Positions 42,001 through 55,529 of a stretch of DNA of 64,000 bases are shown one piece after another. The position numbers were made by a program, and so were the translations under genes. Origin of the DNA: Salpingoeca rosetta (Eukaryota > Protista > Choanoflagellata); NCBI GenBank assembly GCA_033442325.1, contig JAWQFM010000009.1:385346-449345 (forward strand). The letters run 5' to 3'. The notes beneath the pieces are model-generated. The model did no database searches. It saw only the letters and a program-made list of their open reading frames with translations, and had not been told where the DNA came from. Numbering within the stretch: the first letter of the stretch is position 1; each line of letters starts with the position of its first letter.

Positions 42001-45000
42001 GAGGGTGGGGAGCACCATCAGGGCGCGCATCACCATGAGAACCGCATGCAGGTGGTCCTCAAGCGGCAGCACCTTACACAGCGATAGCACAAACGACGGA
42101 ATCTGCGAGCCCGTGCCACGTGCGCGCTGCACGCGGGAGGACGTGGCCACAAACTGGTTGCTCAGGTCGTCCTCAAACCCGCGCGGGTCAAGCACCTCCT
42201 TCTTCATGAGCAGCAGCACAACGACGTGCAGGAACGCACGCACGCCCAGCGTCTGCACGAGGTGGGCGAACAGCCCGCGCCGGCGGTGGTGCGGGAACGT
42301 GTAGAACGAGTCCACAAACACGCCGCACAGGTCAAGCAGGAGCGAGTGCTCCTGGCGCTTTGAGGTGGCGCCGGCGCGAATGGCTGGCACAATGGCCTCA
42401 ATCGTGCGCTGGAGAACCTGCAGCGTGTAATCGTCATCGGGTTGGAAGAAGGGCTGGCGCAGGAAGGCGAAGATGGGCATGCAGCAGGAAATGACCTGGC
42501 GAGGCACAAGCCGTGCAAGTTCGCTCAGCACCAGCAGTGCCTGGTTCTGCATGTCGGCCCGTCGCGCCTCCCCAAGCACCTTCACCACCAAGTCCACATC
42601 CACGAGCTCGGCGGCTGTGCCAGCTGCGGCACCGGCCTTGGCGCTCCCAGCGCCTCCTCTGGGCAGCAGCGCAAGGATGCGCGTTGCCACAGACAGCAAG
42701 CTGTGCACTGGGCCGTGGCAGGCGGCTTGGTGCTCGTCGCTGAGCGTCGGGTAGGAGGCAAGCATGCTGTTGAGCACGGGAAGAAGCAGCTGCACGTCGC
42801 TGACGGTGGCCAGGTCGCGCACCTCCAATGCCTCCAGCATGCACGTGACGTTGGCGAATCCGGTCACAATGGTGTCTTCGGACGCCTCCGACGCCCCCTG
42901 ATCGCTGGCGCCGCGGGCCTTGCGCTCACTCTTCTTGCCGCGCTTGCTGCGTGTCTCCTCCTCCTCGTCCTCGGCATTGCCGCTGAAGCTGCTCGACAGC
43001 TGCTCTGCAATCATCTCCGCGCGCAGCGGCAGCTTAGCAAGGTACTCCCGCACCGTGTCGTGCGACACCGTGTTGGTGTGGGCCAGGGCCACCAGCAGCT
43101 CCACCGCCTTTGCCTGCGTGGGCTTGTTGAGGTGCGCAAACGTGTCGGGCTTGAGGACGCCAAGAGCAAGGATGGCGTGGCCGGACGTGTTGGCTGCGGC
43201 GAGCGCGCGGTGCAGGGGTGACGTCGCCACGTTGAACTTGTGCTGCAGCGACGGCACTTGGCCCGGGGCGCACACGCCAGCCTCTGGCGCGCCCACCAGC
43301 AGCACGGCAATCAGCTCGTGCAGGGGCTTGACCAAGGTCTGCTCCTGCGACACGACGGGGGCCGCAGCGGGCGTGAGCATTCCGCCCAGGAGCTTCAGCG
43401 CCTCAACTGCTGCTGTCAAGGGCGTAACTGCTGCCGGCACATCCTGTCTCTGCTCATCAGCTGCGTCAGCATCTGCTGCAGGTGCAGTGGCAGCCGTGTC
43501 GGCACTGCCATGGCCTTCCTGCTGCTGCTGCTTCTTGCCCTTCTTGCCCTTCTTGGCCGGCGTCTTTGTGACACTACCGCTCTCTTGCTGCTGCTGCTGC
43601 TGCTGCTCGTCAGTGCCTGCAAGCCCCGGCAGGGAGGTGCGCACGAGGTGCGTGGCGTGCTTGAGAGCAACGCGGGCGCGGGCAGGCACGTCGCAATCGC
43701 GCAGGACCTGTGCTGCGCGGGTGAGAGCAACAAACGACGTCTGCCTGGCCCAGGTGAGGAGGTGGTCCATGAGCGCCTCATATGGGCGCGACCGCTTTGC
43801 GCGCTTCTTGCTGCTGCCACTACCGCTGCTGCGTGACGGCTTCACAGCCACCGCCATTGCCTGTTGCAGGTTGGCTGCATCGCTGATGATGTCGTCCACA
43901 GACTGCAGGAGATACTCGGCAATCTGCGCGCACTCCTGCACGGCCACGGCGTCAGCAACGGGGGCTTCCTCGCTGTCCTTTCCCTTCTTGCCCTTCTTCG
44001 TGCTGGCACTCGTGGCCGTGGTGGCGGCCGAGGCATCAGACAGGTGGGCACGCTGGAGCCATTGGTGGGCTGCGCGGAGGGCTACCGTAGCTGCACGCCT
44101 GACGGCGGTGTCGGGGTGGCAGCAGCCGAGAAGCGCGGCAGGGACAGCCTCCACAGCCGCATCAACATCTGTGATGGCGTTGCACATCACATACATGCAC
44201 GACATCTGTGCAAATGCCGGTGCGGTGCCGGCGAAGGCAACCTGCGAGAGAATCCGCACGCGCAAATGCGGAGTTGCTGCGGGGAGGATGTTGCGAAGTG
44301 CTGGCTGGGCGAGCTGTGGAATAGGACAGGTGGCTGCGCACAGGAGGGCGTGTCGTGACTGCTTGGTTGGGCTGCTGGCGCTCATGTGCTCGGCAGCGGC
44401 AATGTCAGCAAGGCACGCTGCGCTGAACACGGCGGCAAGGGCGCGCTGGTGCTGCGTCCACTGCTGCGTCTGCTGTGGCAGCTGATGCATGAGCATGGGC
44501 AGCACGGCCTCGCACACAAGATCCGTCTTGGACGTGTGCAGCATGGCGCGCTTCACGTCATCTGTGGGGGGGGGGGAGTTGTGGTGACAGCGGACATGGG
44601 CATGCAGAGGGGAGTGGGAGTGAGGCGGAGGCGGAGAGTGGGAATGGGGGAATGGGGGAATGGGGATAAGATATGGCCGAATGGAGGGACTGGAGACGTG
44701 TCGTGGGGTCATCAGAAGATGAACGAAAACAGCATGGAAGCAAGAACCAAGGCAGGTGTGGGATATGGAACACAGCGCAAGACCAATCACGTGATGGGCG
44801 AGCAGCGTTGCGTTCGTTACCTGCTGTGATGCCGTGGGATGCGGTGAAGTACGATGTCAGCGCCGTCAGCAGCATGTCCAGCGTCGCCTGCTTCGCCTGC
44901 AGCGAGCACAAGGGAGATGGGGCGCCACCACGTGCGGTGAGTGTTGGGTTGAATAGGATGAACAAGCGGCAGTGTGGCGTGGGAGCAGGAACAACACTGC

Positions 45001-48000
45001 GATTGCACGTGTGCGTGTGTGCGTGTACATGTGTGTGTGTATGTGGGCAAGAAACGATACACGCGCAAGACTTGGTGACGAGTCCAGCATGGAAGAAGTA
45101 GTAGTCACCTTGTTGAGAAGCGATGCGCCGAGGGAAAGGATGCGCAGCCATACGAACATGACGGCGTGGCTGGAGGGCTTGAAGAAGGAGATGAGTTCTG
45201 AGGAAGCGGCAACCCCCTTGGCCAAGCAGTGGGTCACCACGCTGCTCAGTTGTGCCGCCTTTGCGTTACCTTCCTGCAGCTACAAGCGTATTGCGTCAAT
45301 GCGCAAACGAAAAAGCCCGCCAAGCAAATGGATACATGAATGCATGGGTATTGTGTTGAGAAGATACATGCGACAAGAGTGCATGTGAGTGTGTGTGAGT
45401 GTGTGTGTGAGTGTGTGAGTGTGTGATTGTGAGTTCGAACAGTCGCACGTGTGTGATGGGGATGACACCGCTATCTGCAGCGCCACAATACCTTGGTGAG
45501 CTGTGTCAGGCACTTCTTCAGGGGACCAAAGAGGGGGATGGTCTTTGCTGCAGCTGATTCGGCCAGCACCTTCACCACAGCAAACGTGGCCGAAAACCTG
45601 CACCCGAAACAAATGTCCGATCACATGAAAGTGATGAGTGTTTCACACACAAAACTTGGCATGTAGTTTCAACCAGCCACAGTTCATCAACAAACACCAC
45701 CACGGCAAACACACCAACACGTACACACTTGGATGACGAGTGCCCAAGTCCACACTCACTCGGACACACGGCTGGCATGCACGCACCGCTGTGGGCGGAA
45801 GACCACGGCAGGAAGGAGCGTGTTGAGGATGGTGGTGTTGAGCGCCTGCACACGCGCTGTTGCGTTGTCGCCGTCCAGAGACTCCTGGGCAAACGCGACC
45901 AGGTCGTTACAGATGGCGGTGGCAGCCGCCTCTGCCGCTTGTGCATGGTCCTGTCGCCATTCGAGAATCAGGAGCAAGATTGCAACGAATTTGAGAAAAT
46001 ACGACAGGGATGAGGGATGTGCGCGCGCGCGTGTGTGTGTTTGTGTGTGTGTGTGTCTGTGTGTCTGTGTGTGTGCGTGTGTGTGTGCGTGTGTGTGTGT
46101 CTCTGTGTGTGTGTCTGTGTGTGTCTCTGTGCTTGTGCTATGGCAGTACACAGACTCACAGATTAACAGGAACACGACCACCCCTCGCGCACAGGCACGC
46201 ACAAGCAGGGTCCGAGCTCGACAAACGGATGAAGCATGTAACTTGCACACACACATATGCACCCACGCACACACAATCACGCACCAGTTCAAAGGCTTCG
46301 GTGAATGCGGTGGTGCAAGCATCAACGCATGCATCAAAGGGCACGAGTGGGAGGAGAAGGTGCAGCTGGGACAGAATGCTGCAACGAAGGGGAAGACATG
46401 ACAACAATGCAAGAAAGCAGTTGAGTGCAATGAATGAGCGCGTGGATGACTAGTAGGACAGGTGCGTGTTCACAATTGTTGATTTGTCGTCGCCACGAGG
46501 CTGCAGAGGGTGAGAAACGGTTAATCACGAGCGAGCCATGGTATTGCGATGAATGGCGTCCTACTCACGCCACGCGCACGTCGTCGCTGTCATCCTCCTT
46601 CAGGTGGGAGAACAGGTTGGAGCTCAGAAACTGTCGCCAGATGCAGGACATAGGGGCGGGGTGAGTGGTCGCGCGAGCGAAAAAAAAACGGAAACAGATA
46701 AGCATGACAGAGGGGAGAGAGACGGCTTGGATTGAGTGCATGCAGAAACAAAGCAGTTACCACGTGACAAGAGATTCACCACGCACACGCACACGCACAC
46801 GCACACGCACACGCACACGCACACGCACACGCACACGCACACGCACACACACACACACATACACACACCTCCTTGTCGCGCTGGCTGACGGTGTCGACCT
46901 GCTGCAAGGATTCGTAAATCTTCTCAACAGAGGCAGCGCGCACGGCTGCGTCGTCGTGCTGCAGCCCCATAAACACATTCACGTCGTGCTCGGACACGTG
47001 TGCAAAGCGTACGCCAAACAGGCGCCGCTTGCGAAGACTTTCAAGGATGGACGACGAGTCGCGGCGGGCGCTCAAATGCTTCTGGATCACGCCGTCCAGC
47101 GTCTGTGTATGTGTATGTGTATGTGTGTGCATGTGTGTAAACATGTTTGTGAATGTGCGTGTACATGTGTGTGTGTGTGTGTGTGTGTACATGTGTATAC
47201 GTGTGAGAAAGCGACAGAGGGGGGGCGCGATTGGGGGCAATTGACCGCAAAGCGTAATTTTGTCGCAACACAGTTTGAAGGAGCACAGCACATCAACACC
47301 GCCACTTGTTCATGCATGTGTGGTTGCGACGCCCACCTGGCCACAGCATGCCTCGAGCGTTGGCAGGAGCTCCATGAGCTTGTCCACATCCTCCTGGGAC
47401 CCTTTGCAGAGAGCAGAGACAAGCGACTGCGCAAGGGCGTCAATGTCAAACTTCTGTGCGAGCGCGATCAGGTCGTCACTCAGCGATTCGCGCTTCAGCA
47501 AGTGTGCCATGGCCGTGATGGGCACGCGCTGGATGCGCTGCGTCGTGCAGAGGAGAGACAGCGCCTGCAGCCGCTGCATGTCTTGCTCGTTGTCTTGGAA
47601 GTGGCTGCACGAGGTATGCCAAAGCATGCACGTGTATGTGTGTGTATGTATGTGTGTGCGTGCGTATGTGTATGTATGTATGTGTGTGCGTGCGTATGTG
47701 TATGTATGTGTGTGCGTGTGTGTGTGTGTGTGTGTGTATGTGTGTGTGTGAGGGGGGCGTGAACATGTGAGCCAGTGATCAAAGTCGAGTGAGTTTGAGA
47801 AACGATGAAGGTGCTGCGATTCCATATGGGGGAAAGTGGGAAGAAGATCGGAGAAGAGAAAACGTGGAGAGGTGGGGCATACGATCATGTTTGTGAAATT
47901 GCTTGCGGCACGCGTGCATGCAAGAACAGATTGACACACGCTCGTGGCAAAGTTGCACCAGCGGAGAGCACACAACAGCCACGCACCACAATGCCTCTGC

Positions 48001-48837
48001 GATTGCCTCGATGGCGGTATCTGAGAGGGTGGTTGCCGTAGCGACTTGTGCGACAACGATGAGGTTTGCGCCACAGATGTCCTTGTTGGCGTGCTTGAGG
48101 CCACGGAGGAGGAAGGGCAGGATGGTGCTGAGCACCTCCTGGGTTGGCGAGGCCGTGATGCTGCCGGCAGCGATGGACGCGTAGAGCGCCGTCACGTGCG
48201 TCAGCTTGGAGGGCTGCACGGGCTTGTTGTTGTAGGCAGCGAACACCATCTTGCAGATGAAGGACAGCACCTTGCGGTTGGAGTTGCACTGGCGAATGAG
48301 CGAGAGGCGGTCCAGCGGCACGCGGGCCGTCTTCACGGTGTTGAGGAAGTGCCACTCCTTGCGCTCGTGGTTCAGCACAAGCAGCATGACGACACGCGTG
48401 AAGAGGGCGGTGCCGTGGTAGGGAAGGATGGCCTCCATGATGGCATCCACATTGTACATGTGTACCTGGTACCTGCGCAGCAGCCACTCGAAGCACTTGT
48501 GAGCGGCGGGCATCAGCATGTGGGGCGCAAGCACGCGCATGAAGCGGGAGATCTGCAGGTCCAGGGCCTTGTTCTGCTCCTTGGTTTGCATGGCACGCTT
48601 GACATCAAGAGAGGCCGTGCCAAACAGGGGCGCAAACGGCTGGAACGACGCCATGTCCACGGCGCACAGGCGCGTGTAGCCGACACTGCCCATCTCGCAA
48701 ACTTCTTCCAGCGTGAACGACTGGGCATCCTTCTCCGAGAAGAGCAGCGACGCATACTGGTGCGCGCGGGTGGCACCTGCGACGCCTTGCTGCGCAAAGG
48801 CCAGCTGCTTCAGCTGGCTTGCCAGAGACGTCGTCAT
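39071..48837 (-). CDS. HEATR1: HEAT repeat-containing protein 1 / U3 snoRNP UTP10
   Basis: N-terminus MTTSLASQLKQL..ASLLFSEKDA..AHKCFEWLLRRYQVHMYNVD..ILPYH. BP28CT-like LHMSDQSFRPYFVRLVDW. C-terminus LLSLLPETISVLTELLE|DTDSSVETEV..DHL* (stop 39071-39073). About 10 exons, including one of 5.2 kb (39366-44561). Confidence 0.95.
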
Positions 48838-49038
48838 CGTGGCGGTCGGGGATGCGCTTGGGGTGGTAGGGGTTGGTGGGTAGTCTGGCTGGTTGAGGTC
48901 AAGGTGTGTGCTTTTGGTTGATGTGAGGAAGCGCCACGTGCACGCAGCCAATCACAGCACAGCGTGTGTGTGGATAATTGATTGAAGATTTACCCCAAAA
49001 CTCAACCAAACAGGACAAGCACAAGCACAGCAGGCGAG

Positions 49039-49294
49039 ATGGAGGTGGTTCCTGCTTTGGGTGGGAGGGTCACAGGCAGTGCTGATGTTGCTGATCGTGC
49101 TGATCGTGCTGGTGGTGGTGATGCTGGTGGTGATGCTGGTGGTGGTGGTGAATGGGCTGCGCTTGTGCTGACCGACGCCATCGCCCAAGTTCNNNNNNNN
49201 NNNNNNNNNNNNNNNNNNNNNNNNNNNNNNNNNNNNNNNNNNNNNNNNNNNNNNNNNNNNNNNNNNNNNNNNNNNNNNNNNNNNNNNNNNNNTG

Positions 49295-49339
<45 letters not shown>

Positions 49340-49814
49340 TGTGTGTCTGTGTGTGTGTGTGTGTGTCTGTGTCTGTGTCTGTGTCTGTGTCTGTGTCTGT
49401 GTCTGTGTCTTTGTCTGTGTCTGTGTCTGTGTGTATGTATGTTGATGTCTGTCCATTTGTCCGCCTCTCTGTCTGCTTCTCTGTCTGCCTGCCTCTCTAT
49501 CTGTCTCTCTGTCTGCTTCTCTGTCTGCCTGCATATCTGTCTGTGTGCGCCGCATGTTCGGACAGCCGCGTGTGCCCATACCCATACTGCTGTTCCTCCC
49601 CAAGCGCTCATGTCCTCCCACGGTCCCATTAACTGCAGTCACTCATCGCCAGGAAGGAGGAGCTGCCCGGCTCCACGTTCAAGGCTGGCGCCGCTTCACG
49701 CAAGGCGACCGACTCAACGAAGACAAGGAGCAAGAAGAAGAAGCAGAGGCAAGACACGCAGAGCAAACAAGCAGGAACAGGTGAAGAACCCTCAGCCCCA
49801 GTAGATCATCAACA

Positions 49815-49858
<44 letters not shown>

Positions 49859-50842
49859 AGCAGCAACAACAACAACAGCAGCAGCAGCAACAGCAGCAGC
49901 AACAACAGCAACAACAGCAACCCGTCATCATGGGCACAGAGTTTAGTCTGGCATTGGGCATCTCGTGTCGGGGTGGACGTATATCTGGCCAAGAGGTGAT
50001 GGAGATCCCTCATGGCCTGCTGGAGCTCGCCAATCACTTCAAGGCCAACTCTATCCTCATCGAGGTGCTGGGACCTTTTGCCTGGCTCCCTCCCCGCGCT
50101 GAGCCACAAGGCGTAAGTGAACTGTGTGGAATTTGTTTATTTGTTTTGTGTGAGTCTGTGTGTGTGTCTGTGTGTGTGTCTGTGTGTGTCTGTGTGTGTG
50201 TGTGTGTGCGTGCGTCTGTGTGTGTAAACTGAGTAGGATTTGTTTCTGTGACCCCCTTGTGATTTGTGTGCGCGTACGAACGCTATGTGTGTCTCCAGCT
50301 CTCTTCTCATCCTTCTCACCCTTCTCAACATCCCCCCCCCCCCATCCCGGTCAACCACCTGCGTCAGATTGCTGACCCCGTGCATGTGCTGAGTGTGGGC
50401 GGTACGCTGAACTTCGCCTGCGGCGGCGGCGCGATGCGACCGTGTGGACCCGGCGAGTTTGCCAACGCCAGCGCGCACATGGACCTGCCACACGGGCACG
50501 TAGCTCGCTGGCACCACCGCAGACACGACTGCTGCAAGGTGGCGATCAGCGCAAACGCGGAGCGGCGCGTGCTGGTGACGCTTCGCCGCGTGGATGACAA
50601 ACACATCCCAGGCAGCGTGGTTGCACGACGCACGCGGGAACGGCAGAAGCAGCTGACGGCGGTGTTGCCCGTGGACCCGGCCGCGCTCGCCCGCATATCC
50701 GCACACCAGCAGGAGATGGGGAAGGACTATTATAGGGGAGAGGGAAAAGAGGATGACCACGCGGTGGGTGTGAGGAAGAATGGTGATGGTGACAATGGTG
50801 ATGGTGGTCGGCAGGTGCGCAGGCACGATAACGAGCAGCAGC

Positions 50843-50874
<32 letters not shown>

Positions 50875-52119
50875 GAGCAGCAGCAGCAGCGAGAAGAAAG
50901 GAAGGCAGCAGATGGGAGCGAGAATGCGGCGCGCACGCCTGCGTTGGAGCAGGAGCACGTGGTGAATTTGTACGACACCATCGCTGTGCACTGGGACAAG
51001 ACGCGACACAAGCCATGGCCAAAAGTTGCTGAGTTTCTGGCGTCGCTGCCGCCTGGGAGCCTGGTTGCTGATGTTGGTTGCGGCAACGGCAAGTACATGG
51101 GCTTGCGCAAGGACATTGTCATGCTTGGCAGTGACCGTAGCGTGAACCTCTGTGACCTTTGCGCGCGCCAGGGCCACGAGGTCAGCATCTGCGACAACAT
51201 GACGCTGGCATACAAGACGGGCTGCTTCGATGCTGTGCTCTCTGTTGCAGTTCTGCACCACTTTTCAACGCCCGCCCGCCGCAAGCGCGCAATGTGCGAG
51301 ATGGCAGCACTTCTTGTGCCCGGTGGCTCCGTGCTCGTCCAGGCATGGGCACTCGAGCAGGTGAGGCAACGTGTTCCTGGAGTGGTCTGGTGTATGTTGT
51401 GTGTGTGTGTGTGTGTGTGTCTTGTGTCGTGTGTGCGGGTGTTGTGTCGTGTGTGCGTGTGTGTTGGATCGCATCGGAGCTCATGCTGACATACACGCTC
51501 CTCATCGCGACCACCATGATCATGTTTGTCCCCCCCCCCTCCCCCGCCTTACTCCCCTCTGTCCCGCCCCCTTCTTGTTCGAAGGGTGCAGAGTCACGGC
51601 GGGAGTTTCCATCCCAGGATGTGTTTGTGCCGTGGCAGCACAAGGGCGAGGAAGAGGAAATCCCAGCAGAGCAGCAGCTTGCACGCACCCGCCGCGCACA
51701 CCCAATCTCAACCCCAGAAGACGCTGTCCCGGTCTACCACAGGTGGGCTGGAGTGAGTAGCGGTGTGTGTGTGCGTGTGTGTGTGTGTGCGTGTGTGTGT
51801 GTGTGTGTGCGTGTGTGTGTGCGTGTGTGTGTGCGTGTGTGCGTGTGTGCGTGTGTGCGTGTGTGCGTGTGTGTGTGTGTGTGTCTGTGTGTCTGTGTGT
51901 GTTGCACGACACGCACACTCCCCAAGTAGCTGCCTCACATGTACACACACACACGCACGTGCATACTATGTTCTTATTTGCCGCTGCCGCAGGTATTGCC
52001 ACGTGTTCAGGCAAGGGGAGCTTGATGCCTTGGCGACATCGGCAGGACTGCACGTTGAGGACAGCTATTACGACACTTCAAATTGGTGCATTCGCGCAAG
52101 GAAACCGCTCGAGTCATAA
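49039..52119 (+). CDS. ALKBH8/TRM9-like tRNA wobble-uridine methyltransferase with degenerate N-terminal AlkB-like domain
   Basis: MTase motifs: TPALEQEHVVNLYDTIAVHWDKTRHKPWPKVAEFLASLPPGSLVADVGCGNGKY, AVLHHFSTPARR, LVQAWALEQ, QDVFVPW, YHR|YCHVFRQGEL, YDTSNWC; stop at 52117-52119. Exons: 49039-(gap), 49639-50112, 50368-51360, 51585-51742, 51993-52119. Exon 1 and the start are uncertain because of the gap. Confidence 0.88.
49193..49292. other. Assembly gap (100 N)
   Basis: N run truncating the first exon of the TRM9/ALKBH8-like gene. Confidence 0.99.
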
Positions 52120-52511
52120 AGCGTGTGCTTGTGTGTGCATGTGTGTGCTTGTGTGGACTGTGTGTCTGTGTTTGTGATGTGTGTCTGTCAGTAATGCTAT
52201 ACTTTTACCTTGTGACCAACTTCTTTGTATCAACGTTTGTTTATGCCGTTGCTGCTGGTGCTGTATACAACCAAGAAGTAACAAAACGGAGAGAAAACAG
52301 TCAACCGAAAGCTTGTGGTACGATAAATGTAAACGCGATAACGTGTTGGTGACAGCACACTCAAACAGCCATACCACTAAGCACATGTCTCCTGTAGAGC
52401 GAGTGCCAGCGGGTGCAGGTGGTGGTCGTCGTGGGAGTAGGTCACGGATGGCTCGAGAGGGAGGGGCTTGGAGAGTTGTGTCAAACCTTGCTGCCTGCAT
52501 ATGTCACGCCT

Positions 52512-53578
52512 TCAGATGTCGCACTTTCGCGGGCACTCGTGGTGCAGTTCTTTGTAGTCGTTGGGGATGGCTGTGACGCTTTCCGCAATTGGATCAAACG
52601 AAAACGCCTTGAACACGATCCGTGCACTCACCGTCGGTGCAACAGGAATGTCTGTCGTGCCCAAAGCAGGTGGAGATGCAGGCGGCGGTGAGTTAAAGTG
52701 ACAGTGGTTGAGGTGGTTGGTTGCTAGCTGGTGTGAACACGCGTTCGCAAGCGTGCCACATGATGCCGAAACAAGTACACTGCGCAGGCACAATACTCAC
52801 ACAGATGTGTCCACACACGGACACGCACGCACGCAACACGCAAACGCACTGCATCCGCACACACGCAACACAATGCACATGGCACACATGCACACACCAA
52901 GCTTGACGGGGAAACCGGGCGGGAGTTTGTTCTGCAGAAACTTGACAAGAGTTTTGATGACGTCACTGTGCTCTTCAAACGGTGACAGCAGCGCAACAAT
53001 TCGCTCAATCGTCAGCGGAAACTCAGGCGACATCCTGCGAAGGGGCGGCCGGGCGTGGCGCGCGCGTGTACAAGTGTGCGTGTGCGTGCGTGTGCGTGTG
53101 TGTATGTGTGTGTGTGTGTGTGTATGTGTGTGTGTATGTGTGTGTGTGTGGTGTTGATGTGAGAACGGGAGGTGTGGTGGTGATGTGAGAACGGGAAATA
53201 TGGTGAACGTTTGTGTGAAGGGGGCGACTGTGGGTTGTAGTCATGTTGTAAACCAAGTGTGGGCGAGCAAACACAATGAGTGCACACACACACACACAAT
53301 TACACACACGCACACATGCACGTACCAGAGTGTGCTGGTGAAGTTCTTGGTCTTTGTTTGCTCCTGGTAGGGGCTGGACAGCCAGTCCTTAAACGACTCT
53401 TCGTCCATGGAGGAGTACTCCTTGTGCGAAATGCGTCGCCGCTCGCGTTTTCGTGCCGTCTCCAATGGAGGCTGAAATGGGCATGTAGAACACGTGAAGG
53501 AACATGTTGGATCACAGTGAACCAAAGCAGTGTAAGGGATAATGTGATGTGATGTGTGTGTGTGTGTTTGTTTGTCCG

Positions 53579-53609
<31 letters not shown>

Positions 53610-55459
53610 CAGTGTTGTGTGTGATGGGACCAAGTGTGGTGAGCAGCGGTGTTTCGAGCCGTTGCTTACCGGACGCTTCTCCATGAGAGCCTGCAGATCA
53701 AATTCGCCCGACTGAAACTCCCGCTTCATCTCCTGGTGCCACCTGCCAGTGCACACACACACACACGTATGGGGAAATGCACGTGAGATTGTGAGCAACA
53801 CACTGCAAACGGCACACACACATACGCACACGGCACACGGCACACACACGCACACGTACACGCACATGCAAACGCGCATGCACGCGCGCGCAGGCTGGGA
53901 GATTCACGATATTCCACGATGTTGTGCACACGTACGATTTGAGCTGCGGGGACAGGTGCTCCTTGCGCTTGCGGCTCTTGAACTGCACATTGGAGAGGGA
54001 GTACACGTCGCACTGCGGCAATCAAAACGCACACGAAGACGATGAGTTGGGCAACGCGGTGGAAGACACGTTGATTGCAGCCAAACGGCAGGTAAAAGCG
54101 AACCCACACTCAGGCAACACACACACATACGCACACACACACACACATACACACGCACACGCATGTACACGCAAACGAAGCACGAAAGTTTCGTTACAAC
54201 TGCAAGGTACTACCTGGTAATCGCCAATGGCTTCGACGCGGGGAGAACCAAATCCAAAGATGCCTGTCATGGCGTGCGTCACGGCGCTGTTGCGGGCTGC
54301 AGGGCATGTGTGTGTGTGCGTGTGTGTGTGTGTGTGTGTGCGTGTGTGTGTGCGTGTGTGCGTGTGTGCGCGTGTGTGTGTGCGTGTGTAAGTCGGGGTT
54401 GGAGTTGTGAGTGGGTCGGCCGCGGCGTTGCGTCCCATACGGGCAAACGGGCAGACGTTGAGGAAGGGTCACCAGTAGGCAAGACGAAGACACGCACGTG
54501 GAGACAAGAACGCAACATGTGCATCAACACACATGAACACACATCATGCACACGTGCAGTACACAGTTGCCCACACACGCATGCGAAGCCACCCCACCGA
54601 TGATATCGATGTCGACAAGCGGGGTGCTGAGTGCAACAGCGTGCTTCAAATCAGCATCTGCCTCATCGTCCGCCTAAATATCAACACACGCACACGTGAG
54701 CTGGATGTGTCATACCACACACGCATGCACACACACACAGAACAAAAAAAACACACACACACGCGGTTTGCTCGACCCATGTGCACGCAACCACGCCTTA
54801 TTCATGCCATGCAATGCATAAGACACGCACAGGCAGACACATACACACACGCACACGTGCATCGCATTCCATCAGCAAAGCGACCAGAACAACTGACGTC
54901 CTTCTCGGTGCCCGGCTCCTGGTCTGTGGGGAGGGCGAGGTGCTTCGTGTACACTTTGTGCTCGTGGTCCAGCCGAAACATCACAAGCTTGTCTGCAGGG
55001 ACGCGCATGGTTGGAGACGGGAGCAAGCGGTTATTGGGAGAGTGTGGGCGTGTGGGTGTCTGAGTGCTCACACGGGTACACGCATGTATACACACAAACA
55101 CACTGAGTGCTCACACGGGTACACGCATGTACACACACATGCATGTACACACAGGCACACACACGTACAACACGCACCATCTGCGGAGGTGGGGATTTGG
55201 ATGAGCGTGGTGAGCTGCTCTTTGGTCATGCCACCGTCGGCAATGTCGATGAGCTCACTGTCCACACGAACGACGTGGTCACGCTTCCAGATGCGAAGCA
55301 CATCATGTGGCAGCAGCCTGCTGACCAGCGGCACCCAGCTGTGGAACTCCCACTCAATCTCGAGGTAGAAGTCCTTCATCTCGCTGCACATGGCGTGCAG
55401 CTTGTCTTTGTGTTTGGTCATGTCCTCACTGCGAAACGATGTGTGAATGCGAAGTGAGA

Positions 55460-55529
<70 letters not shown>

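Noticed and set aside
39392-44485. Long antisense ORFs (up to 521 aa) opposite HEATR1
   Set aside because: Expected shadow ORFs of GC-rich coding sequence; no domain features.
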